From Octopus sinensis (lineage: Eukaryota), in the NCBI RefSeq assembly GCF_006345805.1, contig NC_043017.1, positions 24,056,001 through 24,120,000 on the forward strand: a DNA stretch of 64,000 nt, written 5' to 3'. Position numbers and translations under genes: made by a program. Below, in pieces: positions 52,301 through 62,365 of the stretch. Position 1 is the first letter of the stretch. Each line of letters starts with the position of its first letter. The notes beneath the pieces are model-generated. The model saw nothing but the letters and a program-made list of their open reading frames with translations, ran no database searches and had not been told where the DNA came from.

Positions 52301-55300
52301 AACTACTCCACTTAATAAATCTTGTCAAAAAATTAACCTTTTCACGACAACAGCTGCTAGACTCAAATAATTATAGCCGTAACATACATACACCTATTCT
52401 AACAGTAAATTTTTATTGTCAATATGTTAGCATATTTAACAAGCATGCAATTACAGCAATCTTCTGTTACACCTATCTGTGGCCACAGTCTTCTACTACA
52501 CATACACACACAATCAACAATAGCTACATTCTACCAAGATTCAAAATGCATATCCAAAACCTAGGCAAGATACCCAACTTCCACAAGTCCAGTAGGTTTA
52601 CTCTGGGAATAGGTCACTGTGTAGCCTTATGAGGGCACATGGCTTACAGGTTAGGGTCTTGTACTCATAGCTGTGAGATCAAGGGTTCGATTCCCCAACC
52701 GGATGATGTATTGTGTTCTTGAGCAAAACACTTCATTTCACATTGCTCTGCTATCACTTTTCCTGCACTTGTTTCAGTCATTTTGACTGTGGTCATGCTG
52801 GGGCATTGCCTTGAAGCGTTTTAGCTGAAGAAATTGACCACAGGGCTTCCTTTTTTTTTTTTTAAAGCCTAGTACTTATTCTATCAGGCTCTTTTGCCAA
52901 ACTGCTATGTTATGGGGACATAAACACACTAACACCGGTTATCAAGTGGTGGTGACTGGGGGAAACAAGTACTCACACACACACACACACACAACACACA
53001 CATACAACACACACACACACACACACACACACAAAGTGTCACTTGTCAGTTTGATGGAGGATGTGAGCCAATGTACAACACATACATTTGATCCCCATAA
53101 AAGAAGTCATCTGTGCAGATTGTTCAGCAAGAAATAACACAGCTGTCTTACTCAAACTCAAGAGTCTACCATTATAGCCTCAGGACAGCCAAATAAAACA
53201 GTCCAACAATCAAAGGCATTCCAGCCATGACCAACCCACATCTTTGTATATCAAAGATCCCAACAAGACTTGGCTATTTCCAGTAGGAGTAGGTTGACCA
53301 ATCACACAGAGGCTCCTTCATTGGTTTATCCAGTTGACTACCAGTAGGTTTATTCCCTCTTCCCAGCCACATGGTTTTAGGTTCAGGCCTACTGTGTGGC
53401 ACCTTGGGTAAGTGGCATCTGCTATAGCCTCGGGCCAACCAAAACCTTGTGATTGAATTTGGTAGGCGGAAGTTCCTGTCATGTGTAAGTGCTTGTGCCC
53501 CCTAAGAGACAGGAGGGAAGAGTGGCCAGGGCCACACAACAGGGTGTTGCAGCTGCTCTTCATAACATTTATGAAGCGATGTCTTTTCTTTTAGTATGTT
53601 TCAGTCATTGAACTATGGCCATGTTGGAGCACCAACTTGAAGGGGTTTCAGTTGACCAAAGATAACCCAGTACTTACTTTCTAAGCCAGGTACTTCTTCT
53701 GTCAGCCTCTGTAGCTGAACTGCAATGGGGATGTAAACAAACCAACAATGGTTGTCAAATTGTGATGGGAGAGGGGGCAAACACACACACATGCATACAT
53801 ACATATGCAAGCTGGAAGAATTGTTAGCATGCCGAGTGAAATGCTTAGCAGTATTACATATGTCCTTACATTCTAAGTTCAAATTCTGCTGAGGTCAACT
53901 TTGCCTTTCATCCTTTCAGGGTTGATAAAATAAGTACCAGTTGAGCACTGGAATTGATGTAATTGATTTAACTACTCCTGGGTAAGAGTATAAAAACTGC
54001 ACCCCTCTGCCAAGCCATATCAAGCCAGTATGGCAGAGTAGGCTCATCAAACCAGTATGGTCTCTAGTTCAAATTCATAACCTTTACATCAGACTGCAGT
54101 TGGCAGAGAGAACATGCTGAGGCCTTTTTCCAACAGTGAACTGAACATAAGTAATCCAATCCAATCCAGAGCCTCACAAAGGTAATGACAAATGACTGAG
54201 ACCTTGGCATTATGTTGTGCTTGAGAAGAAGACCCATCAAGCCAAGTAAAACCACAGCCATGGCAGATACTGGTGTCATGCAAATGGCACTTGTGTCAGT
54301 GGCACGTAAAAGAACCCATAACACTCTCGGAGTGGTTGGCATTAGGAAGGGTATCCAGCCATAGAAAACATGTCAAATCAGACTGGAGTCTGGTGCGGCC
54401 TTCCAGCTTTCCAGCCCTGGTCAAACCATCCAACCCATATATATAACAAGCTTCTACAGTTTCCGTCTATCAAATTCACTCATTGGCCAGCCCAGAGCTA
54501 TAGTAGAAGACATTTGCCCAAGATGCTGTGCAGTGGGATTGAACCTACTCAAAAACCACATTATAACAAAGCAAGCTTCTTAAGCATACAGCCATGCTAG
54601 CACCTCCAAAACACCCCAAACCACCATGGTTGCTGAGTAGCCATGGCCAGTCCTATTAGACCGAGTGCCATCTGCAGATCCAGCATCAAACATACAATGT
54701 CCCCTTCCACCCACTTAGTCAAGAACCCATTCTGTGGAATCCCAAGTGCAGTGATTTGCCATAGGACTGCAGTGCAGCATGTTGCTTTTTTGTTTCCATT
54801 GCTTATAAATTAAAATGGTGACCACTGCAGGGGAGATGAAAAAGCAGCGGTGGACTTGGCCGAAGTACAACAGCTGTTCCTCAGATGTACATATTAATTG
54901 CTAGTATACATTACTGCTTAATATTTCACACAAAGGAGATTATTATTGGCGTTGCTATCTTCATGTCTGTGTTTGTCTGAACTGGGTAGGAGGGATAATA
55001 CTCCTGGGGATGTTGTGGATGTGTGCGGGGGCTATTCATCACATGGTGGATTGGTGGAGACAGTGTGGATTGGTGCATGCTGTAGCAACAAACCGTCTCC
55101 TTGAATGGTCGGCTGCTCTTATCATTTCCAATATTTCATCTCCAGGCCATGGGGTGTGGTTCGTATGCAACTTGTGGTGATGCTGGTTTAGTTGTAGCCT
55201 TTGTATTACTTGGGGGGATAGAATCAGGGCCCAAGAAGCATATGGTCTTTACACTGTGTCTTTATCTTTTACTTGTTTCAGTTATTTTGACTGTGGCCAT

Positions 55301-55942
55301 GCTGGGGCACTGCCTTGAAGGGTTTTAGTTGAACAAATCAACACCAGAACTTTCTTTTGGGCTCTTTTGCCAAACCGCTAAATTATAGGGGTGTAAACAC
55401 ACCAACTTTGGTTGCCAAGCAGTGGTGGAGGACATTCAAAGACACAAAAATACACCCACACATACACATATATATAGCCATCTATGTATCATAATGTATA
55501 CACACTATTGTTAGGCTTCAAATGAGTATACCAGATATATCATCATCATTTAACATCCACCTTCCATGCTGGCATGGGTTCGATGTTCTGACAAGAGCTG
55601 GCCAGGCAGGAGCTTGCACCAGACTCCTGTGTCTGTTTTTGCATGGTTTTTACAGCTGGATGACCTTCCTAACACCAACCACCCAGCAGAGTGGACATAT
55701 ATATATATATATATATATATGTAAATATAGATCCAAAGTAAGCTTCAAGTGGTCTGTAGAAGGTATTAAAAAAAACTCTCAGTAGGTTGAAAAAAGATAT
55801 TTCATAGTTCATGGCTAGCAACTGGAATTGCTCTGTATCCAAATAGAAATCCAAATTTAGGAAAGGGAGTAGATAGAATTGAGGTTGCATATGTTTCCTA
55901 ACTAGAAGTGGTAATTATTCACTAAGCAGTACTCCTTTAGCT

Positions 55943-55981
<39 letters not shown>

Positions 55982-57398
55982 TTGAGGAAACTTATTGAGT
56001 CAACAACAACATCAAAATCAAATCAAACCACAATCAAATGGAAATTGTAGTTGTAGCTGATGCCAGCACCACCTGACTGGTTTCCCATGCCAGTGGCATG
56101 TAAAAAGCACCATCTGAAAATGGTTGATGCCAGCCTCCTTGCCCCGACTGGCTCCTGTGCTGGTGGCACGTAAAAAGCACCTTCCGAAAATGGTCAATGC
56201 CAGAGTCCCTTGACTGGCTCCTGTGCCAGTGGCACATAAAAAGCACCCACTACACTCTCAGAGTGGTTGGTATTAGGAAAGGCATCCAGCTGTAGAAACA
56301 CTGCCAGATCAGATTGGAGCCTAGTGCAGCCTCCTGGCTTCCCAGAACCCAGTCGGACTGTCCAACCCATGTCAGCATGGAAAGCAGACGTTAAACGATG
56401 ATGATGATATATATACATGCACAAAAAGATGTATGCTATTAAACAAGGAGCAAGTAACAAAGTTGACTGAGACCAAATGGGCTGAAGTTGTTATCTTTCA
56501 GTCTTAAGCTAATCTCCACGGACGAGAAGTTTGAAATTTAAAGCAAAAGTACTAACCACAGTCATGCCTGAGTATGGGTATATGTATGTGTGTGTATGCA
56601 TGTATGCATATATGCATATATGTATATGTATCTATGTGTGGGTGTGTATGTATTTGTGTATATGTGTATATGTATGTATGTGTGTAAGTATGTATGCATG
56701 TATGTGTATGCATATGTATATATACATCAGGCGTGCACCATCAGTAATTACTCAGGGCAGGCAGCTGGTGACCTTTGTGTAGTAAAACACACAAAAAAAT
56801 AAGCAAAACACAGGTGCACAACTAAGTTGAAGGCAGATTTACTCTGCCTTTATAGAACATAAGGAAAATGGTGTTGTAGAAGTGTACGCAGCATGTGTAC
56901 CACAGCAGTGCTACGTGTAGCTTAAATACTGAGATTGAAAGGCAGGGATGAACTATGCCTACCTAATCGACAAATAAAATAAAATATTTTGTATTTTATG
57001 CATAGTAATCAGAGTAACCTTCATAATTTTATTGAATTAGGTGCATATTTTGCCATGAGAGCAAAATGTTGCTATACACCTAGTTTATTGAAGGTAGGTA
57101 CTGCCTACCTTGCCTACAAACACACATACTCTTTACTCTCTTTTACTCTTTTACTTGTTTCAGTCATTTGACTGTGGCCATGCTGGAGCACCGCCTTTAG
57201 TCGAGCAAATCGACCCCGGGACTTACTCTTTGTAAGCCCAGTACTTATTCTATCAGTCTCTTTTGCCGAACCGCTAAGTGACGGGGACGTAAACACACCA
57301 GCATCAGTTGTCAAGCAATGCTAGACAGACACACAAACACACACACATACATATATGTATACATATATACGACAGGCTTCTTTCAGTTTCCATCTACC

Positions 57399-57435
<37 letters not shown>

Positions 57436-58796
57436 CACAACAGGCTTCTTTCAGTGTCTGTCTAGGAAATCCACTCACAAGGCTTTGTTCAGTCTGAGGT
57501 TATAGTAGAAAACACTTGCTCAAGGTGCCACATAGTGGAATTGAACCCAGAACTGTGTGGTTGGGAAGAAAGCTTCTTACCACACAGCCACACCTGTGCC
57601 TATATGCAAACTTATAATATGTGTTTGGAAGCTGATGGTTTCAAAGCAGTTGCAAGCCTGATTGCGTGTGTGTGTGTGTGTGTGTGCATGCGTGCGTGCA
57701 TGTGTACGTGTGTGTGTTCTCTTTCTCTTTTTAGTTTTAGAGTAAATTTTGACTGGTCACCTACAGGGTAGCAAGGTTGTTTATCACCTATGTATATATG
57801 TATGTGTGTGTGTGTGTGTATGTATGTGTGTGTGTGTATGTATGTATGTATGTATTTATGTATGCATGTATGTATGTATTTATGTGTATGTATGTATGTA
57901 TGTGTATGTATGTATGTATGCATGTATGTATGTATTTATGTGTATTTGTGTATGTATGTATGCATGTATGTATGTATTTATGTATGTATGCATGTATGTA
58001 TTTATGTATGTATGTATGTATGTGTGTATGCATGTATTTATGTGTATGTATGTATGCATGCATGTATGTATGTATGCATGCATGCATGTATGTATTTATG
58101 TATGTATGAATGAATGAATGCATGAGTGAATGAATGAATGAATGGATTGAGGGACGGATGGATGAATGAATGGCAATAGATACAAATAGATAGCGTAAGC
58201 TGGCCTGCCACTACTGAGAGTAGCAGCTGCATGGCGAGGTTGAGAAAGCTTTCCATTGTCAATTTGATTGCAAATCAACTCAAAAAGTTGCGGAAGAGAG
58301 AACAAAATCACCGTTGCTTCATTCCGCAAGCTGATATGAAGTTCCAGGTGGTTCTTGAAGAATCTAGTGAGTTGGAGGATGATGTACTTTCGACTTTGTT
58401 ACCAAATCAAAACAGTCAACAAATATCAACATTTTTTAATAAATCAAACAAACAATGTTTAAGAAAATTATTAAAATCTGTCAACAGATCTCTGAAATAG
58501 TATCACTGAACAGAATACTGATATACATGTATGTGTGTGTGTGTGTGTGAGAGAGTGTAATATGCATGTATATACATGTGTGCTTGTGTGTGTGTATATA
58601 TATATATATATATGTACATATATATATATTTATGTGTATATATATGTACATAAATATATATTTATGTATATCATCATCATCATCGTTTAGCGTCTGTTTT
58701 CCATGCTAGCATGGGTTGGACGGTTCTACTGGGGTCTGTGAAGCCAGAAGGCTTCATATACATACATATATGTACATATATATATATGTATGTATA

Positions 58797-58862
<66 letters not shown>

Positions 58863-58869
58863 ATTGTAC

Positions 58870-58924
<55 letters not shown>

Positions 58925-59003
58925 ATAATATATATTATATATATATATGTATGTACATGTACATATATATATATATATATATATTATATGTATGTATATG
59001 TAC

Positions 59004-59035
<32 letters not shown>

Positions 59036-59041
59036 ATGTAC

Positions 59042-59073
<32 letters not shown>

Positions 59074-59104
59074 ATATATATATGTATGTACATGTACATA
59101 TATA

Positions 59105-59143
<39 letters not shown>

Positions 59144-59144
59144 A

Positions 59145-59239
<95 letters not shown>

Positions 59240-59476
59240 CATATAGTAAGGCGGCAAGCTGGCAGACACGTTAGCGCGCCAGGCGGAATGCTTAGTGGTA
59301 TTTCGTCTGTCGTTACGTTCTGAGTTCAAATTTCGCCGAGGTCGACTTTGCCTTTCATCCTTTCGGGGTCGATAAATAAAAGTACCCGTTTCGCACTGGG
59401 GCCGATGTAATCGACTTAATCCCTTTGTCTGTCCTTGTTTGTCCTCTCTATGTTTAGCCCCTTGTGGGCAATAAAG

Positions 59477-59523
<47 letters not shown>

Positions 59524-59552
59524 AGTATATGTACATATATATGTATGTATAT

Positions 59553-59596
<44 letters not shown>

Positions 59597-59779
59597 AATG
59601 TATATATGTATATGTATATGTGTGTGTGTATGTATGTATGTATATATACATACACACACACCCATACCAACAGAGAATGTGTATATATATAAAACTTACC
59701 TTTTGTTTAACATTGTCTTGTCCAACCTGAGTCATGACTGATTTTGTTCGGCTATCAAAAACAATAGCACCAGTAGTAT
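16061..59779 (-). CDS. SPATS2: SPATS2/SPATS2L-family (DUF1387) protein, spliced gene; 15 coding exons visible, 5' end possibly incomplete
   Basis: Manual splicing of GT-AG exons with matching phases gives [27 protein letters not shown]|[36 protein letters not shown]|[16 protein letters not shown]|[11 protein letters not shown]...|[43 protein letters not shown]|[20 protein letters not shown]|[37 protein letters not shown]|[27 protein letters not shown]|EINKFGE|[10 protein letters not shown]...RG-rich tail. This matches my recollection of vertebrate SPATS2/SPATS2L motifs ([69 protein letters not shown]). Confidence 0.93.
16655..16873 (-). mobile_element. TTAA-type MITE copy (same family as 46133-46349)
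   Basis: taaccctttaacatt ... aaatgataaagggttaa with internal gtagggtaagtatgagaggctggatctg. Confidence 0.7.
17440..17850. repeat. ~21-bp degenerate minisatellite (tgatcaatcttagaaatatg)
   Basis: Roughly 18 imperfect tandem units. Confidence 0.85.
18621..19082 (+). mobile_element. TTAA-type MITE (second family) with a nested CCCTTTAGCATT MITE at ~18800-19019
   Basis: Ends cccttttgttgcca ... tggtactaaaagggttaa; the nested element is bounded by ttaa on both sides; uninterrupted relatives at ~18180-18390 and 40490-40715. Confidence 0.7.
19113..19155 (-). CDS. SPATS2: SPATS2-like exon (43 nt, phase 0->1) [14 protein letters not shown]
   Basis: Strong acceptor tttttctattttctccag, donor CAG|gtaatt; restores phase 1 for the last exon. 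Confidence 0.78.
19277..20060 (-). mobile_element. SINE-like family E with internal tandem array of the GGTGCTTTTTACRTGCCAC unit
   Basis: (CAT)n tail, tgcccttcctaatgccaaccactcc core, then repeated gaggcccaa...aggtgctttttacatgccacc units; relatives at ~16325, 18388, 22675-22950, 25322-25625, 27065-27445, 54165-54440, 55540, 56020-56405, 58670. Confidence 0.7.
21368..21471 (-). CDS. SPATS2: SPATS2-like exon (104 nt, phase 1->0) [35 protein letters not shown]
   Basis: Acceptor gtgttttactttag, donor CAG|gtttga; open in the expected frame; phase pairs with the 43-nt exon. Confidence 0.75.
21939..22082 (-). CDS. SPATS2: SPATS2-like exon (144 nt, phase 1->1) [22 protein letters not shown]...EEMN
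   Basis: Acceptor catcttttcttcag, donor ATG|gtaact. Confidence 0.88.
23061..23243. repeat. intronic fold-back (inverted arms ~77 bp, short AT-rich spacer)
   Basis: ccacatttcaatatatattcactataaatac...gctgaaattgaggaaagcgagccaacagaattt versus aaattctgctggctcgctttcctcaatttcagc...gtatttatagtgaatgtatattgaaatgcgg. Confidence 0.9.
23467..23488 (-). CDS. SPATS2: SPATS2-like 22-nt micro-exon (phase 0->1) EINKFGE
   Basis: Acceptor ctgttttatttcag, exon GAGATTAACAAATTTGGGGAAA, donor gtaagt; needed to keep frame and to form the conserved GE-I motif. Confidence 0.88.
23866..24408. mobile_element. older fold-back/MITE with degenerate ~110-bp inverted termini
   Basis: actacagatatatgcccc..tgact..taataactttctgaaaa versus ttttccagaaagttatga..agtcagcaaaggggcacacatttgtagt; internal copy of the sub-terminal motif at ~24030-24120. 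Confidence 0.65.
24490..24570 (-). CDS. SPATS2: SPATS2-like exon (81 nt, phase 0->0) [27 protein letters not shown]
   Basis: Acceptor ctttgtatttgcag, donor AAT|gtaagt; resembles HFVSERKYDEELGKAARF. Confidence 0.92.
26137..26246 (-). CDS. SPATS2: SPATS2-like exon (110 nt, phase 1->0) [15 protein letters not shown]...ELRSQIK
   Basis: Acceptor ttttttttgcag, donor AAG|gtttgt. Confidence 0.92.
26329..26538 (+). mobile_element. hAT (Charlie-like) MITE
   Basis: TIR CAGTGGTTCTCAA / TTGAGAACCACTG with a perfect 8-bp TSD ATTTAAAA (26321-26328, 26539-26546); diverged inverted copy at ~36057-36315. Confidence 0.92.
27741..27799 (-). CDS. SPATS2: SPATS2-like exon (59 nt, phase 2->1) [20 protein letters not shown]
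   Basis: Acceptor ttttccttctccag, donor CAG|gtttgt; resembles CLMDREVALLAEMDKVK. Confidence 0.9.
29743..29893. repeat. (AAT)n microsatellite
   Basis: Direct reading; source of the poly-Ile and poly-Leu ORFs. Confidence 0.97.
31835..31964 (-). CDS. SPATS2: SPATS2-like exon (130 nt, phase 1->2) [16 protein letters not shown]...FEEMYS
   Basis: Acceptor gtttatgttttag, donor TTG|gtgagt; start of the conserved coiled-coil region. Confidence 0.93.
32700..33200 (-). mobile_element. degenerate L1/Tx1-like LINE ORF2 3' fragment
   Basis: Minus strand reads PRCP*...[15 protein letters not shown] (remnant of a CX2C..HX4C zinc motif), then [16 protein letters not shown]. Confidence 0.5.
35463..35990 (+). 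repeat. local ~140-bp direct duplication including the 5' part of a hAT-like MITE
   Basis: tgtaat..gcatcacc...gaagcaggtcacatgagacatg occurs at ~35464-35605 and ~35782-35927; inverted relative at 43848-44006. Confidence 0.7.
36823..37045 (+). mobile_element. Tc1/pogo (Tigger-like) MITE
   Basis: TIR cagtaatctctc ... gagggattactg followed by TA. Confidence 0.75.
37597..37677 (-). CDS. SPATS2: SPATS2-like exon (81 nt, phase 1->1) [27 protein letters not shown]
   Basis: Acceptor tgttttctcttag, donor CAG|gtgtga; GC-richer than flanks; in frame. Confidence 0.82.
37900..38108. mobile_element. TTAA-flanked MITE (third family)
   Basis: ttaa|ccctttaactgtgaaat ... atttccacagtaaaaggg|ttaa. Confidence 0.8.
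38290..38697 (+). mobile_element. two head-to-tail copies of the CCCTTTAGCATT MITE
   Basis: The copies share a ttaa junction at ~38496-38499; second copy ends aatgctaaagggttaa; another copy at ~41335-41547. Confidence 0.75.
43174..43503 (-). CDS. SPATS2: SPATS2-like exon (330 nt, phase 1->1), Ser/Thr/Lys-rich linker GDMPKRNK...DSLPKT
   Basis: Long polypyrimidine acceptor ...ttctggctgttccag, donor CAG|gtatat; open frame coincides with ORF 43133-43591. Confidence 0.85.
43848..44006 (-). mobile_element. hAT-like MITE
   Basis: Ends cagtcacggacaaac / ggttgctcatacctg resemble CAGGGGTGGGCAAAC-type hAT TIRs; homologous to 35850-35990. Confidence 0.55.
44430..45148. repeat. 20/21-bp minisatellite with an 81-bp higher-order unit
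   Basis: Units ggagagagtatgccagagct (20) and ggaagagaatatgccagagtt (21); the 21-mer marker aagagaat recurs at 44841, 44922, 45003 and 45084. Confidence 0.95.
45823..45949 (-). CDS. SPATS2: SPATS2-like exon (127 nt, phase 0->1) [17 protein letters not shown]...DVVN
   Basis: Acceptor tggctttgtag, donor ACG|gtgagt; KKKNKKK basic tract. Confidence 0.9.
46133..46349 (+). mobile_element. intact TTAA-type (piggyBac-like) MITE, 217 bp
   Basis: TTAA at 46129-46132 and 46350-46353; TIR CCCTTcAGCATTCA / TGAATGCTAAAGGG. Confidence 0.88.
46610..47180 (-). mobile_element. degenerate mariner transposase fragment
   Basis: [29 protein letters not shown]...[22 protein letters not shown] (mariner HDNA motif). 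Confidence 0.8.
47191..47237 (-). CDS. SPATS2: SPATS2-like exon (47 nt, phase 1->0) [16 protein letters not shown]
   Basis: Acceptor ttttgatcttcag, donor AAG|gtgagt; LKEW motif; supplies the required phase change. Confidence 0.9.
48976..49084 (-). CDS. SPATS2: SPATS2-like exon (109 nt, phase 0->1) [36 protein letters not shown]
   Basis: Acceptor tttttttttgccag, donor AAG|gtgggt; conserved SPATS2 N-terminal helical segment. Confidence 0.93.
49395..49771 (-). mobile_element. tRNA-derived SINE family C, long copy
   Basis: Head ggaggcacaatggcccagtggttagggcagtggactcgcggtc; its 3' body is shared with family D; inserted in a (TAG)n tract. Confidence 0.85.
51505..52181 (+). mobile_element. CCCTTTAGCATT MITE interrupted by a family C SINE (51588-51902) and a family E fragment (~52000-52123)
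   Basis: 12-bp TSD ctggcctctcac at 51576-51587 and 51903-51914, with a poly(T) tail next to the left copy. Confidence 0.8.
57790..58170. repeat. (TATG)n/(TGAA)n compound microsatellite
   Basis: Direct reading. Confidence 0.95.
58536..59660. repeat. long (TA)n/(TATG)n low-complexity field with embedded SINE fragments
   Basis: Direct reading; source of the YIYI-type ORFs. Confidence 0.95.
59700..59779 (-). CDS. SPATS2: SPATS2-like exon (80 nt, phase 1->0) [27 protein letters not shown]
   Basis: Acceptor ttttttggtcttccag, donor AAG|gtaagt; in-frame ATG at 59735. Confidence 0.88.
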
Positions 59780-60986
59780 CTGGAAGACCAAAAAAAAAAA
59801 CGAAATATAAATATTAATGTAAAACAAAACAAAAAAAAACATAAATAAGCATATATATATATATAAAATGTAATACAAAATAAAAGTGATTATAAAAAGA
59901 AAAATAAATAAGAAAAAAGTTTAAAAATTACATTCTTGCACAGCTGAAGGACAAGGTCATCCTACACAGCATTACTTGGCCATGTCATGTTCACATGTTC
60001 TTAAGAAGCAACAGCTGCTGCCTGGACAATATGAACTTCCACCACCCTCAACCTCCACCCCCCCCAATACACCCCTATCACCACCCTCACCCACGGTATC
60101 GATCTCTTTCATTGTGGCTAATCGAATGGTCAAGAACATTCAAGAAATGAAAGTTTGCCTTACATATTTGTCTGAATTTGCAGTCGTGACTTCTGTCACA
60201 GTGATGGTAGCAATGTGGTGGTGGTCGTGGTGGTTTTATGTGGAACTTAACTCACGTACATGACAAAAGAAAAATTAGACCTATGATTATCTGACTAAAA
60301 GCTCTGTAAAGAACAGAGAGAAATTACCGTGTTTGACAGCATACAAGATGCACATTCCCCCACCAAAATGTCTCAAAGAAAACAAAAGCCCCCCCAACTC
60401 AGGACCCTATGTGTGAAGTTGCTTTAAATATTAGATGCATTACTGCACGAAAAACTCCTTTCCTATTTATCCATCCATCCATTTTCTCCACCCACAATTG
60501 CTTGTAGGGTCATGGAAGTGGAGTCCTCACAAACCTCATAGGGTCCTATCAGACGCCACTGTCATTATATTTTCCAGCTGGATTCCCAAGCATGACCCAC
60601 TGAGACTATGGCTTATTATCCAACTATCTCCTTCTTGGTCTACTAACCAGGCCTCCAACTGGTTGGCTTGGCTTGAAGTATTTATCTTTGTGATCTTTTC
60701 CTGCACCATTCTAATCACATTCATTGTACCGGAGCTGTGACCTGGAGAAGTAAGCGGCTCAAGCTGACGAAACTCCCTCATCTCCAAGCAATGCACTCTG
60801 TCGAGTAAGGTTACTCCAGAGACCCTCTGCAGGAACCCGATTTTGACCCCCTTGTATTTGCAAATTTCTGAATATGCACTACTGAAGTTTGGGTGAGTCT
60901 AATATGCCTGTGTGTCTTTTTATGTTATCAAATGTGATGATAAAAAAGCAAAAATTAGAGGAAGTGGGTGAGGGTCCTAAAGAAAT

Positions 60987-61018
<32 letters not shown>

Positions 61019-61166
61019 TAGATAGAAACCCAGGCCGGTAGGCAGACAGACGGACGGACAGACAGATGGATATGGGTAGAGAAACTAACCACAGTATAAA
61101 CCATTTCTATACCAACCTGCCCGAGAGTACCCCTTCCAGTTTTGAAGGGACCCATATAAAAACTTC

Positions 61167-61203
<37 letters not shown>

Positions 61204-62092
61204 CATATACATACAACCATGTGTGAATCTGTGCATGAACATACATACATATATACACACATATTATATACATAGATATACATACACACGTGTCTATATG
61301 TATGTGTATACATACACATACATATACACACGTATTTATATGTATGTGTATAAACACATGTATATACATACATATATACACATGCAAAGGTACATGCATA
61401 TGTACACACCACATTTACTACAGTTCTCCAAGTTACACAATGGCTAGTTTAAGACTGGCTGTTCCATAGGAACTAGTATATGCTGATAACCTAGTCCTTA
61501 CAGCAGAATCTGTGAAAAAAAACTTACAAAAGAAAATTCTAAATGCAAAAGTGAAAGGCCCCAGAATAAACTGCAGAAAAACAAAAGTTTTAGTAAACGG
61601 AATAAAAAAGCATTTGGCTGACACCACAGAAATGGTCAGATTCAATATGCATAAAAGGAAGTAATAAGAAACATCATATAGTGTACAAGGTGTGAACTAT
61701 GGGATGTACAGGACTCACAGTGAATAAAGACTTAATATGTGGCAAATGAACAGGGATAATTAACAGTTGGTGTAGTTGTAAAATGAATTACTTTCAAAGT
61801 TTGGAAGGTTCTATACAAATAGTTGATAGTCTCAGTTACTTGGGCAACTGAGATAACAGTTTGAGAGTTCTGAAATAGGGTACTGCAAAAGTACAGACAA
61901 AGTGGGGGAAAAATTGAGTGAGTTACTACTTCTGTCAGTATCAAAGGGATTCTCTATTTTAAGCAAAAGAATAAGTTGTATGTAACTTGTGAGCAAAGTG
62001 CATGGCAATGAGACACGGGCACTGACTGCAGAGGATGTGTAAATGTTAGAGAGTAACGAAGCAAGCATGCCCTGTTGGATGTGTAATGTTAA

Positions 62093-62365
62093 CCCCTTAC
62101 CCGGCAGAAACGAATATATGCGTTTTGACCGAAATCGTTTTTTTCTATCTCTGGCGAGTTAACTCGTCAAAAGATAGACTCGCCAAAATCGACAGCAAAC
62201 GAGTTCCTTCGTCTATTATAAACTCTTTTTTGACATATACGAGTATATTCGCTCACTTTATACGTCTGGCAGTGACAATGAGTCCTTTTGATTTTTTTTC
62301 TTTGTATATAGATGAAAGAGTTATAGAGCATGTATTGACTGAAACTAATAAAAAATATGTCTGAA
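62093..62365 (+). mobile_element. piggyBac-like element: left terminus plus transposase remnant
   Basis: TTAA|CCCC terminus at 62089-62096; translation SPFDFFSLYIDERVIEHVLTETNKKY resembles the PGBD (DDE_Tnp_1_7) motif P.DFF.LF..D....I...TN.YA. Confidence 0.65.

Noticed and set aside
57612-59730. Many YIYI/CVCM ORFs
   Set aside because: Translations of (TA)n and (TATG)n microsatellites
60320-60345. ATGCTGTCAAACACG|gtaatt as the missing first coding exon
   Set aside because: Phase 0, but the downstream exon requires phase 1; no resemblance to the basic SPATS2 N-terminus
60435-60840. Short ORFs possibly from a LINE reverse transcriptase
   Set aside because: No recognisable RT motifs (QGxxLS, YADD) preserved; left unassigned
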